A stretch of 63,905 nt of DNA, filler included, from Octopus bimaculoides (lineage: Eukaryota), in NCBI RefSeq assembly GCF_001194135.2. It is 4 parts of 4 records of this genome, joined end to end, with 100 filler letters (N's around TTAATTAATTAA, not from the genome) between each part and the next. Parts side by side here need not be neighbours in the genome. Positions count along the whole stretch, not along the records: positions 47,175 to 63,905 come from NC_068996.1; 3 more parts are not named here. One strand, written 5' to 3'. The notes under the pieces are model-generated. The model searched no databases. It worked only from the letters and a program-made list of their open reading frames with translations, and was not told where the DNA came from. Position numbers and translations under genes: made by a program. Position 1 is the stretch's first letter, and each line of letters starts with the position of its first letter. Below are positions 52,787-63,905 of this stretch, piece by piece.

Positions 52787-53706
52787 GTAAGAGTAGGGAC
52801 GAACGCATCTCTGTTTCAGAGATTGGGATGGGAGATATCTTGGAAGGACAATAAAGACAAACAGCGGAAGTAACTAAATTAAACATGGCATCACTTGTCA
52901 GAAATTAGTTTTTTCTTTTATCCCACTCTTCGTTTATTAATATGTATATGCGTGTAAATATATATATATATATATATATANNNNNNNNNNNNNNNNNNNN
53001 NNNNNNNNNNNNNNNNNNNNNNNNNNNNNNNNNNNNNNNNNNNNNNNNNNNNNNNNNNNNNNNNNNNNNNNNNNNNNNNNNNNNNNNNNNNNNNNNNNNN
53101 NNNNNNNNNNNNNNNNNNNNNNNNNNNNNNNNNNNNNNNNNNNNNNNNNNNNNNNNNNNNNNNNNNNNNNNNNNNNNNNNNNNNNNNNNNNNNNNNNNNN
53201 NNNNNNNNNNNNNNNNNNNNNNNNNNNNNNNNNNNNNNNNNNNNNNNNNNNNNNNNNNNNNNNNNNNNNNNNNNNNNNNNNNNNNNNNNNNNNNNNNNNN
53301 NNNNNNNNNNNNNNNNNNNNNNNNNNNNNNNNNNNNNNNNNNNNNNNNNNNNNNNNNNNNNNNNNNNNNNNNNNNNNNNNNNNNNNNNNNNNNNNNNNNN
53401 NNNNNNNNNNNNNNNNNNNNNNNNNNNNNNNNNNNNNNNNNNNNNNNNNNNNNNNNNNNNNNNNNNNNNNNNNNNNNNNNNNNNNNNNNNNNNNNNNNNN
53501 NNNNNNNNNNNNNNNNNNNNNNNNNNNNNNNNNNNNNNNNNNNNNNNNNNNNNNNNNNNNNNNNNNNNNNNNNNNNNNNNNNNNTTTTTTTTTTTTGGGG
53601 GGGGGGCGTGGGATAATGAAAAAAATTCGTACATAAACGACAGTGGGAAAAAACGTAAGAGCCGCAATATTCGTAAGTTTATATATATACATACACACTT
53701 AACCTT

Positions 53707-53743
<37 letters not shown>

Positions 53744-55276
53744 GTACACACGCACGCACACATGCACGCATACACCTATACGTGTGTACACATGTGAATG
53801 TATGTGTGCATGTGTGTGCGTGTTTGTGAGTGAGTAATCCAGAGTATTACATATATGTAAGCCCTCTCTCTCTTTCTCTCTCTCTCTTAATATATATATA
53901 TATTTATATACATATATGTGTGTGTGTGTATATGTATGTGTATGAAAATGACTTAACACAAATCCACACGCACACACATACACACACTCACACAAACGTA
54001 CATACATACATACATACATACATACATACATACATACATACATGCATACATACATACAAAAGCCTTAAAAACGCAAAAGTCATAATAATAGTTTGTAATA
54101 TCAGCACTGAAAACAGTGCTGATAAACTAAAAATAATTTACAACATAAGTGAAAAATTGTAGTTCCGAACGCTAATCAAACCTGGTTTGCCCTATTCTAT
54201 TATATTCCGTTTTTTTTCTTTTTTCAGCATCAGGCAATAATTATCTGTAAAATCGGTACAACACCATAAAGCTAAATACGGTTTCAGCCAACCCGTCTCT
54301 CACCAACGGGATCGTAATTACATACACCCTGCTTCAATGGAACATAAACCTATATTTACATTATCATGAAAAGGAGCTTTGCTCGAAACATTGTTTTTTT
54401 TTTTTTACCGCAACTCTTCACCTCGTGGCAAATACATTGACTTTACACAAATTTTTTATTACTTTTCTATCCACAGGATTTCATATTGCCGACGCCGACC
54501 CATAGTCGATTCTCTGGAGCCAGAATTTTATTACAAACACACACACACAACCATACATATGTACGTGTGTATATATATATATACAGACATACACACACAT
54601 ACACATACATACATTACATACTCACATTTACTCATACATTGTGCTATGTTGAGATGCTGAGCGAGAAATAGTCAAAGGTTTTTCTTGTCTCGCTTACAAT
54701 ATTGGGAAGACAGTCATATTTGGGTAAACAGCCATACTATTAATATCTTCTTTCGTTTATAATTTAGTTCAACAAAGGGAGTTAGTAACAATCGTCTTTC
54801 CCATGATCTTCATGGTACTGTAATTAGGAGTAGGGGGCGTAGGCACCGATATGCAATGTTTAACTTTAAGAAGAGTTTAATATATACATATATATATTTG
54901 TATGTGTGTATATATATATATATGCGTGTGTGTGTGTGTGTGTGTACTCACGCGCGTGTGCGTATACAGGTGAGGGTTGATGGTTTGGGTGGTGGGGAAA
55001 GCTTGCTTGAATTTGATTTATAAAGCATTATATCAATACTTTTCTCTTCTCTCCTTTTTTTGATATTTTTAATTTCCTTCATACAGAACACATCAAAACG
55101 TTTTATATATTTATATATATATTTTTTTCTTATACGTGAGTATGTGATATTATATATATATATATGTAGTCATTTCTAGTCGAAAGTTGTGGCCATTCTG
55201 GAGCACAGCCATATAAGATATCGTGTGTGTGACAGTGTATATATGTATATATGTATATATATGTATATTATGTATA

Positions 55277-55331
<55 letters not shown>

Positions 55332-55605
55332 GTATATANNNNNNNNNNNNNNNNNNNNNNNNNNNNNNNNNNNNNNNNNNNNNNNNNNNNNNNNNNNNNN
55401 NNNNNNNNNNNNNNNNNNNNNNNNNNNNNNNNNNNNNNNNNNNNNNNNNNNNNNNNNNNNNNNNNNNNNNNNNNNNNNNNNNNNNNNNNNNNNNNNNNNN
55501 NNNNNNNNNNNNNNNNNNNNNNNNNNNNNNNNNNNNNNNNNNNNNNNNNNNNNNNNNNNNNNNNNNNNNNNNNNNNNNNNNNNNNNNNNNNNNNNNNNNN
55601 NNNAT

Positions 55606-55637
<32 letters not shown>

Positions 55638-55757
55638 TTGTGTATATGTATGAATGTATATTCACTCTTTACCCAACTATGTTTTTGTCAGCCGTTATTG
55701 TAATGTACTTGTGTCAATTACAACAAAACCATATTATAGCTGCTGTTGCTGCTGCTG

Positions 55758-55792
<35 letters not shown>

Positions 55793-55963
55793 GCAATTTT
55801 TATGTATCATCATTTCTTGATCTTCAGTAACACTCACGCACGCACGCATAATTGAGCAATGTTCATTCCGTGGTATTCCTCAAAACTGGTAAGAGATATA
55901 AAGCTGAAATTTTGATTTTGTTTGCATTCCAATAAATCTAGTAGCAGCAGCAGCAGCAGTAGC

Positions 55964-56027
<64 letters not shown>

Positions 56028-56970
56028 ACACCACCACCAGCTTTTGTTGTTGTTGTAGGTAAAAGTCGCAGTTTTATTCAGAGGGGGAGGGTAGTTGTTG
56101 ATTGGCGAATGTGTATATATATGCTCAGATACATGATTCTCCAGTATGTAAANNNNNNNNNNNNNNNNNNNNNNNNNNNNNNNNNNNNNNNNNNNNNNNN
56201 NNNNNNNNNNNNNNNNNNNNNNNNNNNNNNNNNNNNNNNNNNNNNNNNNNNNNNNNNNNNNNNNNNNNNNNNNNNNNNNNNNNNNNNNNNNNNNNNNNNN
56301 NNNNNNNNNNNNNNNNNNNNNNNNNNNNNNNNNNNNNNNNNNNNNNNNNNNNNNNNNNNNNNNNNNNNNNNNNNNNNNNNNNNNNNNNNNNNNNNNNNNN
56401 NNNNNNNNNNNNNNNNNNNNNNNNNNNNNNNNNNNNNNNNNNNNNNNNNNNNNNNNNNNNNNNNNNNNNNNNNNNNNNNNNNNNNNNNNNNNNNNNNNNN
56501 NNNNNNNNNNNNNNNNNNNNNNNNNNNNNNNNNNNNNNNNNNNNNNNNNNNNNNNNNNNNNNNNNNNNNNNNNNNNNNNNNNNNNNNNNNNNNNNNNNNN
56601 NNNNNNNNNNNNNNNNNNNNNNNNNNNNNNNNNNNNNNNNNNNNNNNNNNNNNNNNNNNNNNNNNNNNNNNNNNNNNNNNNNNNNNNNNNNNNNNNNNNN
56701 NNNNNNNNNNNNNNNNNNNNNNNNNNNNNNNNNNNNNNNNNNNNNNNNNNNNNNNNNNNNNNNNNNNNNNNNNNNNNNNNNNNNNNNNNNNNNNNNNNNN
56801 NNNNNNNNNNNNNNNNNNNNNNNNNNNNNNNNNNNNNNNNNNNNNNNNNNNNNNNNNNNNNNNNNNNNNNNNNNNNNNNNNNNNNNNNNNNNNNNNNNNN
56901 NNNNNNNNNNNNNNNNNNNNNNNNNNNNNNNNNNNNNNNNNNNNNNNNNNNNNNNNNNNNNNNNNNNNNN

Positions 56971-57015
<45 letters not shown>

Positions 57016-57100
57016 GATATGATACGGTATGATTTGATATATGATGTATGACAGTTGGATGAAAAAACGCACAGACGGCTTATTTACGTATTCTTCCTCT

Positions 57101-57720
57101 TCAGTACATGAAATCATTTGTGTTAGGTCTTTGAAGAGCATTTCTTTCTGTCTTCTCTATGTAACGCTCTTCCTGATCCCCGTCCTCTTTCGAATCCTCG
57201 GCAACATCCAACAGCTGGTTAAACAGCTTGAACGTATCGCGACTGTTCAGAACTTTTTCACGGTCTTGTATGTAAGTGTCGTCTTCGTAGCTTCCCTTTA
57301 ATTGGTAGCCACTACCGTATTTGCCATGTTTTTTCATGACGTGTGCGTACAGGCGTTGTCTTTGTTCATTGGCCTGTAGGTCAAGTTCAATTTGGCGAGT
57401 AACGATGGCCGAACTTTTCCGCCAAACGTTGAACTCGTAATCAATTGGAATGATACGTTCGGCAATTACTTTGATCATAATGACAGCCTTGCCGCTTTGT
57501 ACCCACAGTTCAACATTTTCGGCAATCGAATCGAAGTTATCCGTAAAGTTGGATGTGATTCTGCTTCCGTCAGCATGTATAAAGTCGATATCGCCGTGAA
57601 TCTCTTCGTGTTTGTGTTCCACATTGATATTTTGTTTGATGTCCTTGGAATCGATGTTACTCAAACGAGTAAGCAGTGTTTTAGTCAGCTTCTGCTTGCT
57701 TTGGGAATCTTTCTTCATGA
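57101..57720 (-). CDS. Terminal coding exon of an uncharacterised protein (205 aa from the first Met)
   Basis: Longest non-repeat ORF in the window, with natural K/E/D-rich composition. Acceptor TTTTCTACTTTCAG|TC ATG lies immediately upstream (57721-57734); TGA at 57101-57103. Confidence 0.7.
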
Positions 57721-57834
57721 CTGAAAGTAGAAAATTACAACAATTTCATTATCAACAACATCGGCAATAAACAACAACACTACCACACGGAAAAAAAATC
57801 GACACCATACATACAATAGAAATAACAACATCAA

Positions 57835-58320
57835 AAATAATAATTCTTTCTATTACAGGAAAAAAGACCTGAAATTTGTGGGGAGGGATAAGTTTATTAC
57901 ATCGTCCCCAGTGCACAACTAGTACTTATTTTATCAACCCCATAAGGATGAAAAGCAAAATCTATATCGGCCGAATTTGAACTCAGAACGTAAAGTTGGA
58001 CAATACACCGCTAAGTATTTTTGTCAGACGCGATAACGATTCTGCCAGCTTACTGCTATCTTAATTGTTCCAAACTTTGACACAAAGCAACAATTTTAGC
58101 GTGAGTGAGTCGATTACATTGACCCCAGTACTTGACTAGTAAGAAGGAAAGGCAACGTTGGCTTCGGCTTGATTTCAACTCAGAATATAGAGCCAGAACA
58201 AATACTGCGAAGTATTTCCCCTGACGCTCTAACGATTCTATCAGCTCACCAATAACTACAGTGTTATATAAACTAAGCACAAAGGCATCAGATTTTTATG
58301 GAAGGGTGCAGTCTGTAGTA
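57835..58320 (-). mobile_element. Tandem head-to-tail family C SINEs (two plus a partial third)
   Basis: ATTTGAACTCAGAACGTAAAG (~57975) and ATTTCAACTCAGAATATAGAG (~58172); the tails carry GACCTGAAATTT and GGCATCAGATTTT. Confidence 0.75.
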
Positions 58321-58448
58321 TCATTTGTGTCATTTCAGAAAAAAAGATTTACTTAATTGCTTTGTTTACGTTTGAAAGGAAACTCATTCAAGCATAGATA
58401 CTAAAACACAACGATCACAAATATTGCCCCACGTATGTGGTGGGAGGT

Positions 58449-58556
<108 letters not shown>

Positions 58557-58708
58557 CTAAACGCACAACGTTCTGTGTATGCAGCATAATGATGACAGGT
58601 GGTATGTGTGTGTATTTGTGTGTGGCTAATGTACTATGTAACGTAAATGAGGTGTGCTTAATATAATGTACTTAAAAACTAATAAACTTAGACATATAAT
58701 TGAAGTCG

Positions 58709-59089
58709 GGATCTTTTTTAAAACGGGGGCCACATTTTTCATTAACGAAACACTTTGAAACTTGGAACACTGGTAGAATGTGTCATATAAAACATCTTTT
58801 TCTCTTAGTCTTCTTAAAAAAAAAAGAAATCCATAAATTATTCCATGTTAAAGTTGTCGTATTTCTGTAATTTCAACCAATCACTGACGTCCATTCAGCC
58901 GATATACATTAAGTGCCGACTACATAAACAAACGATTCTGAAACAATTAACCCTAACCCTAACCCTAACTCTAACCCTAACCCTAGGGTTAGAGCTAGGG
59001 TTAGGGTTAGGCTTAGGCTTAGGGTTAGGGTTAAAGCAAATTTAAAATGAAAAAAGCAAATAAAACGAAGAATCGTTTGTTTATGTAGT
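58709..59089. mobile_element. Foldback/TIR element, left part, with telomere-repeat palindrome
   Basis: 37-bp terminal repeat at 58709-58745; (CCCTAA)n CCCTAGGG (TTAGGG)n at 58947-59034, flanked by a 20-bp inverted repeat at 58919-58938 and 59070-59089. Confidence 0.75.
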
Positions 59090-59589
59090 NNNNNNNNNNN
59101 NNNNNNNNNNNNNNNNNNNNNNNNNNNNNNNNNNNNNNNNNNNNNNNNNNNNNNNNNNNNNNNNNNNNNNNNNNNNNNNNNNNNNNNNNNNNNNNNNNNN
59201 NNNNNNNNNNNNNNNNNNNNNNNNNNNNNNNNNNNNNNNNNNNNNNNNNNNNNNNNNNNNNNNNNNNNNNNNNNNNNNNNNNNNNNNNNNNNNNNNNNNN
59301 NNNNNNNNNNNNNNNNNNNNNNNNNNNNNNNNNNNNNNNNNNNNNNNNNNNNNNNNNNNNNNNNNNNNNNNNNNNNNCCCCCGAATTTCATTCAAAAGTT
59401 AGTGCATCAAAAACTATATTACGTCATGCGTTTTTCCTTTCCTTCATACCCACGCGCACGCGTTTTATGATGGAAGATTGTGATCTGAAGTAGATTTAGC
59501 TGCTGTTTTAACCGTGTCGGAATGATAGTGCAGAGACTCTAACTCTGGCTCGTGTGTATGTATGCGCGCATATGTATATGTGAATGTGA

Positions 59590-59627
<38 letters not shown>

Positions 59628-60421
59628 ACGCGCGCGTACGAATGTCTGAATTTGCATGTAATTACAATTGTGTGTTCATGTACATGTGTCTGCTTGTATG
59701 CATAAATTTGTGACAATGTGCACGATTGTGCATGTATGCGTGTATGTACGCGTGTATGTACGCGTGTATGTACGCGTGTACATAGGTGATGTGGTGTGTA
59801 TGTTAAGATTGTGTTTGAGTATATCTCTGAATGTGTGTATATTGTATGTCTTTGTCAGAAATAAATTAAGAGATAAGCCCATTAGTAATTAATAAATAAA
59901 TTATAAGTTGATGTTTCTTAATAATTTTGGTAGATAAAATGGCAAATGTGCTACACCGAAAAATGGCGAGTAACATGCATACAATGTCATTCAACCTGGC
60001 AAGACTCATTCCCGCAGATGGCAGTCTCAATCCCGAACTGCCTGATTTGGTCAGGGGCCCCAAGATACTAGACATTTCCACTACCATAGGTTCCCAATGA
60101 AAACTTATTCGAGTGCAGCTCTTATTTTGTTTGCAGGCGACGAAACCAGGGTTCTGACATTGATTTCATTAGGTTGCGTCTGGGGAAAATATCGCTACAA
60201 AGTCGCACTACAGATTAGAGTGTTGCCGCTTCGGAACGATAAGATCGTGCTGTCATTCATTCTTTATTCGTAAGTTTTTCGAAACTTGTAACTATTTAAC
60301 ACTTTTCTAAATACTACAAACTTAATTACAATAATACGATGTAATACTCGGTCCCATTGCAGGACTTAACTCAACGGCAACACTAAATACATATGGATAT
60401 ATAATTCTAAATATATATCCA

Positions 60422-60480
<59 letters not shown>

Positions 60481-60489
60481 ATATCTATA

Positions 60490-60523
<34 letters not shown>

Positions 60524-61146
60524 CTTGTCCCATTCTGTATTAAATATATATATATATATATANNNNNNNNNNNNNNNNNNNNNNNNNNNNNNNNNNNNNN
60601 NNNNNNNNNNNNNNNNNNNNNNNNNNNNNNNNNNNNNNNNNNNNNNNNNNNNNNNNNNNNNNNNNNNNNNNNNNNNNNNNNNNNNNNNNNNNNNNNNNNN
60701 NNNNNNNNNNNNNNNNNNNNNNNNNNNNNNNNNNNNNNNNNNNNNNNNNNNNNNNNNNNNNNNNNNNNNNNNNNNNNNNNNNNNNNNNNNNNNNNNNNNN
60801 NNNNNNNNNNNNNNNNNNNNNNNNNNNNNNNNNNNNNNNNNNNNNNNNNNNNNNNNNNNNNNNNNNNNNNNNNNNNNNNNNNNNNNNNNNNNNNNNNNNN
60901 NNNNNNNNNNNNNNNNNNNNNNNNNNNNNNNNNNNNNNNNNNNNNNNNNNNNNNNNNNNNNNNNNNNNNNNNNNNNNNNNNNNNNNNNNNNNNNNNNNNN
61001 NNNNNNNNNNNNNNNNNNNNNNNNNNNNNNNNNNNNNNNNNNNNNNNNNNNNNNNNNNNNNNNNNNNNNNNNNNNNNNNNNNNNNNNNNNNNNNNNNNNN
61101 NNNNNNNNNNNNNNNNNNNNNNNNNNNNNNNNNNNNNNNNNNNNNN

Positions 61147-61497
61147 ACTCTAACCCTAACCCTAACCCTAGGGTTAGGGTTAGGGTTAGGGTTAGGGTTA
61201 GGGTTAAAGCAAATTTAAAATGAAAAAAGCAAATAAAACGAAGGTATGGAGATTAAATACGCTTTACATCGCTTAGTGAGCCAAAGGAGTAAATGTAAAC
61301 AATTGAATACTTGTCAGTGATTGGTTGAAATTATCGAAATAAGACAATTTTTTACATGAAATAAATTCGAATACAAAAATATTTTTCTGTTCTATAACAC
61401 AAAATAGATAAGTATACGAAGTTTGAAAGTCTTTCGCTACCAAAAACACTACGTAAAACATTAATGAAAAATGTGGCCCCCGTTTTAAAAAAGATCC
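61147..61497. mobile_element. Foldback/TIR element, right part, with second telomere palindrome
   Basis: Palindrome centre at 61166-61173. 61461-61497 is a perfect inverse of 58709-58745, and 61313-61330 is the inverse of 58871-58888. Confidence 0.75.
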
Positions 61498-61500
61498 AAA

Positions 61501-61850
61501 ATGAGAGATAAACTTCCACCCGGATAAAAAAACAGTCTGTCACGGGTAACATTACCAGGTGATTTTATGGTACTTAGGTAGACAGTGGCAATGTGGAATA
61601 CAGTAATATGTAAGAAACACAAGCGAGATGATGAGAGATAAATATCCACCAGGATAAGATACCAGTTTATCACAGGTAACTTTACCAGATGAGCTGGTGG
61701 TACCTAGGTGGACTGTGGCAATGTAGAATATAATGTTGTGTACAGAAACGTGGGAGAGAAGATGAGAGATAAATTTCCACCATGATAAGAAACCAGTCTG
61801 TCGCAGATAACATTACCATGTGAAGTGGTGATACCTAAGTGAACTGTGAT
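61501..61850. repeat. Tandem repeat of three diverged ~130-bp units
   Basis: ATGAGAGATAAA..TCCACC..GATAA starts at 61501, 61631 and 61762; the third unit is partial. Confidence 0.85.
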
Positions 61851-62815
61851 GCATAATAAAGCGCGTTATGCGAAAGTTCAGGTGTGGATTTGAAATCAGG
61901 ACTTACGTCCAATGTCTGATATTAACAAAGAACGCATCACATTGCGTGTGCGTCTTCGTTAAGAAGAACTACAAACCTTAGTTAGGGTTCTAGACTGTTG
62001 AAGGGAATAATAGAGCTGGGCTTGCTTTCTAAAACTTTAAATATCATCTTCAGCCGAACAATGACTGGCTTTGTGGTTAATTATTTGTTATATCACACGT
62101 TGTCGTAGACAGAACAGATCAACACGCACGCACGCACGCACGCACGCACCCCGCACGCGCGCACGCACACACACACACACACACACAGAGGTAATTTAAT
62201 CTATGAAAATTTTCTGACCTAATTCTCAGGAACCCTAAAGGTGGTAGGTTCCCTTAAACAAGTGATTTTATGCGGAAATTGGTAACCTGATCGACTAGTA
62301 GTGCGATATTGCTATTGTAACTCACGCCAGCACAGGATGAAGGTTACAGTACATGATGCGGTGAGATACGAGAAGAGGGTAGGAAAACAGGAGGAGGAGG
62401 AGGAGGTGAGAATAGTGGTGGTATGATGATTGATGATGGTGGTGGTGACGGTGGTAGTGGTGGTTAGTGTGTTATGGCGGCTTTGAGTAAGGTGATCATG
62501 ATGATGATGACGACAATAACAACGAAAATAATAATGATGATGATGATGATGATACGTTCAGAAAAAGTTCACAGGAAGTACATGAATAGAAAAAGAAAAT
62601 TAGGCGTGTAAATAACAATAGAAGATATTCATTTAGAATGTTGGCCAGTGAGAATCTGAACAGAACAACCACTATCATTGCTGCTTTCAAACACTACTAC
62701 CTCTACCATTACCACTAACACTAGTGCCAATACAATATAAACCACACGAACTATTCTACAGTGGCCATCATTATAGATGTGCTTCCTTCTGTAGCACTCT
62801 ATCAGGGTTGACAAA

Positions 62816-62907
<92 letters not shown>

Positions 62908-62916
62908 TAGACAGAC

Positions 62917-62973
<57 letters not shown>

Positions 62974-63090
62974 CATACATACATACATACAAACATGCAT
63001 GCATAAATACATACACACACATACATACATACATACACACACATGTACACATGCACATACATACATGCACAAATTTATATATATAAATTA

Positions 63091-63166
<76 letters not shown>

Positions 63167-63309
63167 AAGAACATGATGGGTTTAGTTCACTAATGACCTA
63201 AACCAATAGGAACGCTGCGTGAGTGCTGTAATTGGTCATCCATTAGATTCCAAGCTCAGAGCTGAGGCTGGAGTTAGGGATCCGTAGTAGGCTTCCGAGT
63301 TAGCAGGTA

Positions 63310-63496
63310 TATATATCAAAGGAAAAGGAAAGTAAATCCAAGGCAGGACGAGTATCCCTGGTCGTTTAGAATATTTAGAGTAAAGTGAATCAAAAGAGAA
63401 GTCTCCATTTTTGATTCCCCTTACTCTAATTAAATATTCTAAATGACCTGAGATACTCGTCCTACCTTGGTTTTCTTTTCATTCTCCTTTTATATA
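63310..63496. mobile_element. Palindromic MITE-like element flanked by TA repeats
   Basis: Arms of about 85 bp (CCAAGGCAGGACGAGTATC..GGTC.TTTAGAATATTT..AGAGTAA.G.GAATCAAAA versus its inverse) with a 12-nt spacer. Confidence 0.8.
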
Positions 63497-63639
63497 CATA
63501 CATGCATCTATCGTCTTGGCCTAACAGCCCTTATTGTTTGTTTTTACTACCTCACTGTCCTGTTCTTGTTAACACTTGCACCCTCCGCAAAAAATTCCAA
63601 ATTTTATTTAATTTGCTTTGCGGGAAGAACTGTTCCAAA

Positions 63640-63810
63640 GAAGTTGCGTATTGTTCTTGCCTTCGAAACGCAGAGTAGATGGAACAGGGACAACTGATGA
63701 AGGGAAATATTCTTTATGTTGCATGTCTCGTCTCTCTGTTTTTTTCGTTGTTCAAAAAAAAGTTCGTTTTCTGTTTTCGTTTCTCATTGTGTTTAACGTT
63801 TTTTTTTTGT
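63640..63810. mobile_element. Unclassified dispersed repeat end, possibly Penelope-like
   Basis: CGAAACGC...CTGATGAAGGG followed by a T-rich tail. Recognised from memory only. Confidence 0.3.
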
Positions 63811-63905
63811 AATATCCTGTACCCATATATGCATGTATGTATACATATAGATGTAGGTATGTACATATATGCATGGATATATTCATATATCTATATATTA
63901 TATAT

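Noticed and set aside
57392-57724. Plus-strand 110-aa and 86-aa ORFs
   Set aside because: They are antisense shadows of the minus-strand coding exon.
58947-59034. Ancient telomere-telomere chromosome fusion site
   Set aside because: Repeat orientation is opposite to a fusion, and the motif is duplicated and embedded in TIR-bearing sequence.
61501-61850. CRISPR-like array
   Set aside because: The whole 130-bp unit is homologous between copies (no unique spacers), the context is eukaryotic, and there are no cas genes.
63655-63715. Hammerhead ribozyme (GAAAC and CTGATGA core boxes)
   Set aside because: I could not build stems I-III in type I, II or III topology. An Infernal search with the Hammerhead models would settle it.

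Overview
AT-rich, microsatellite- and gap-rich eukaryotic genomic DNA. It is most likely Octopus (an inference from repeat families I recall, not from a search). Three 100-bp gaps contain an artificial TTAATTAATTAA six-frame-stop linker, so the window is four joined scaffolds: 1-30855, 30956-36153, 36254-47074 and 47175-63905. Most listed ORFs are artefacts of microsatellites or N runs. Two protein-coding pieces look real: a 90-bp LRR exon of a scribble/LAP-family gene (37263-37352, +) and an uncharacterised 205-aa terminal exon (57101-57720, -). The rest is transposable elements: four tRNA-derived SINE families, a CR1-like LINE, two RTE LINEs, an RLE-type LINE fragment, Tc3-like and mariner remnants, a Helitron with both termini, and several MITEs. 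The most interesting signals are (i) a covarying 5-bp stem/tetraloop shared by the CR1 3' tail and a SINE tail, (ii) a foldback element carrying a (CCCTAA)n-(TTAGGG)n palindrome, (iii) a GG-TIR element with an 8-bp TSD (Merlin-like), and (iv) a CpG-depleted domain around the scribble exon. No CRISPR or prokaryotic system is present, and nothing here demonstrates a new biological system.
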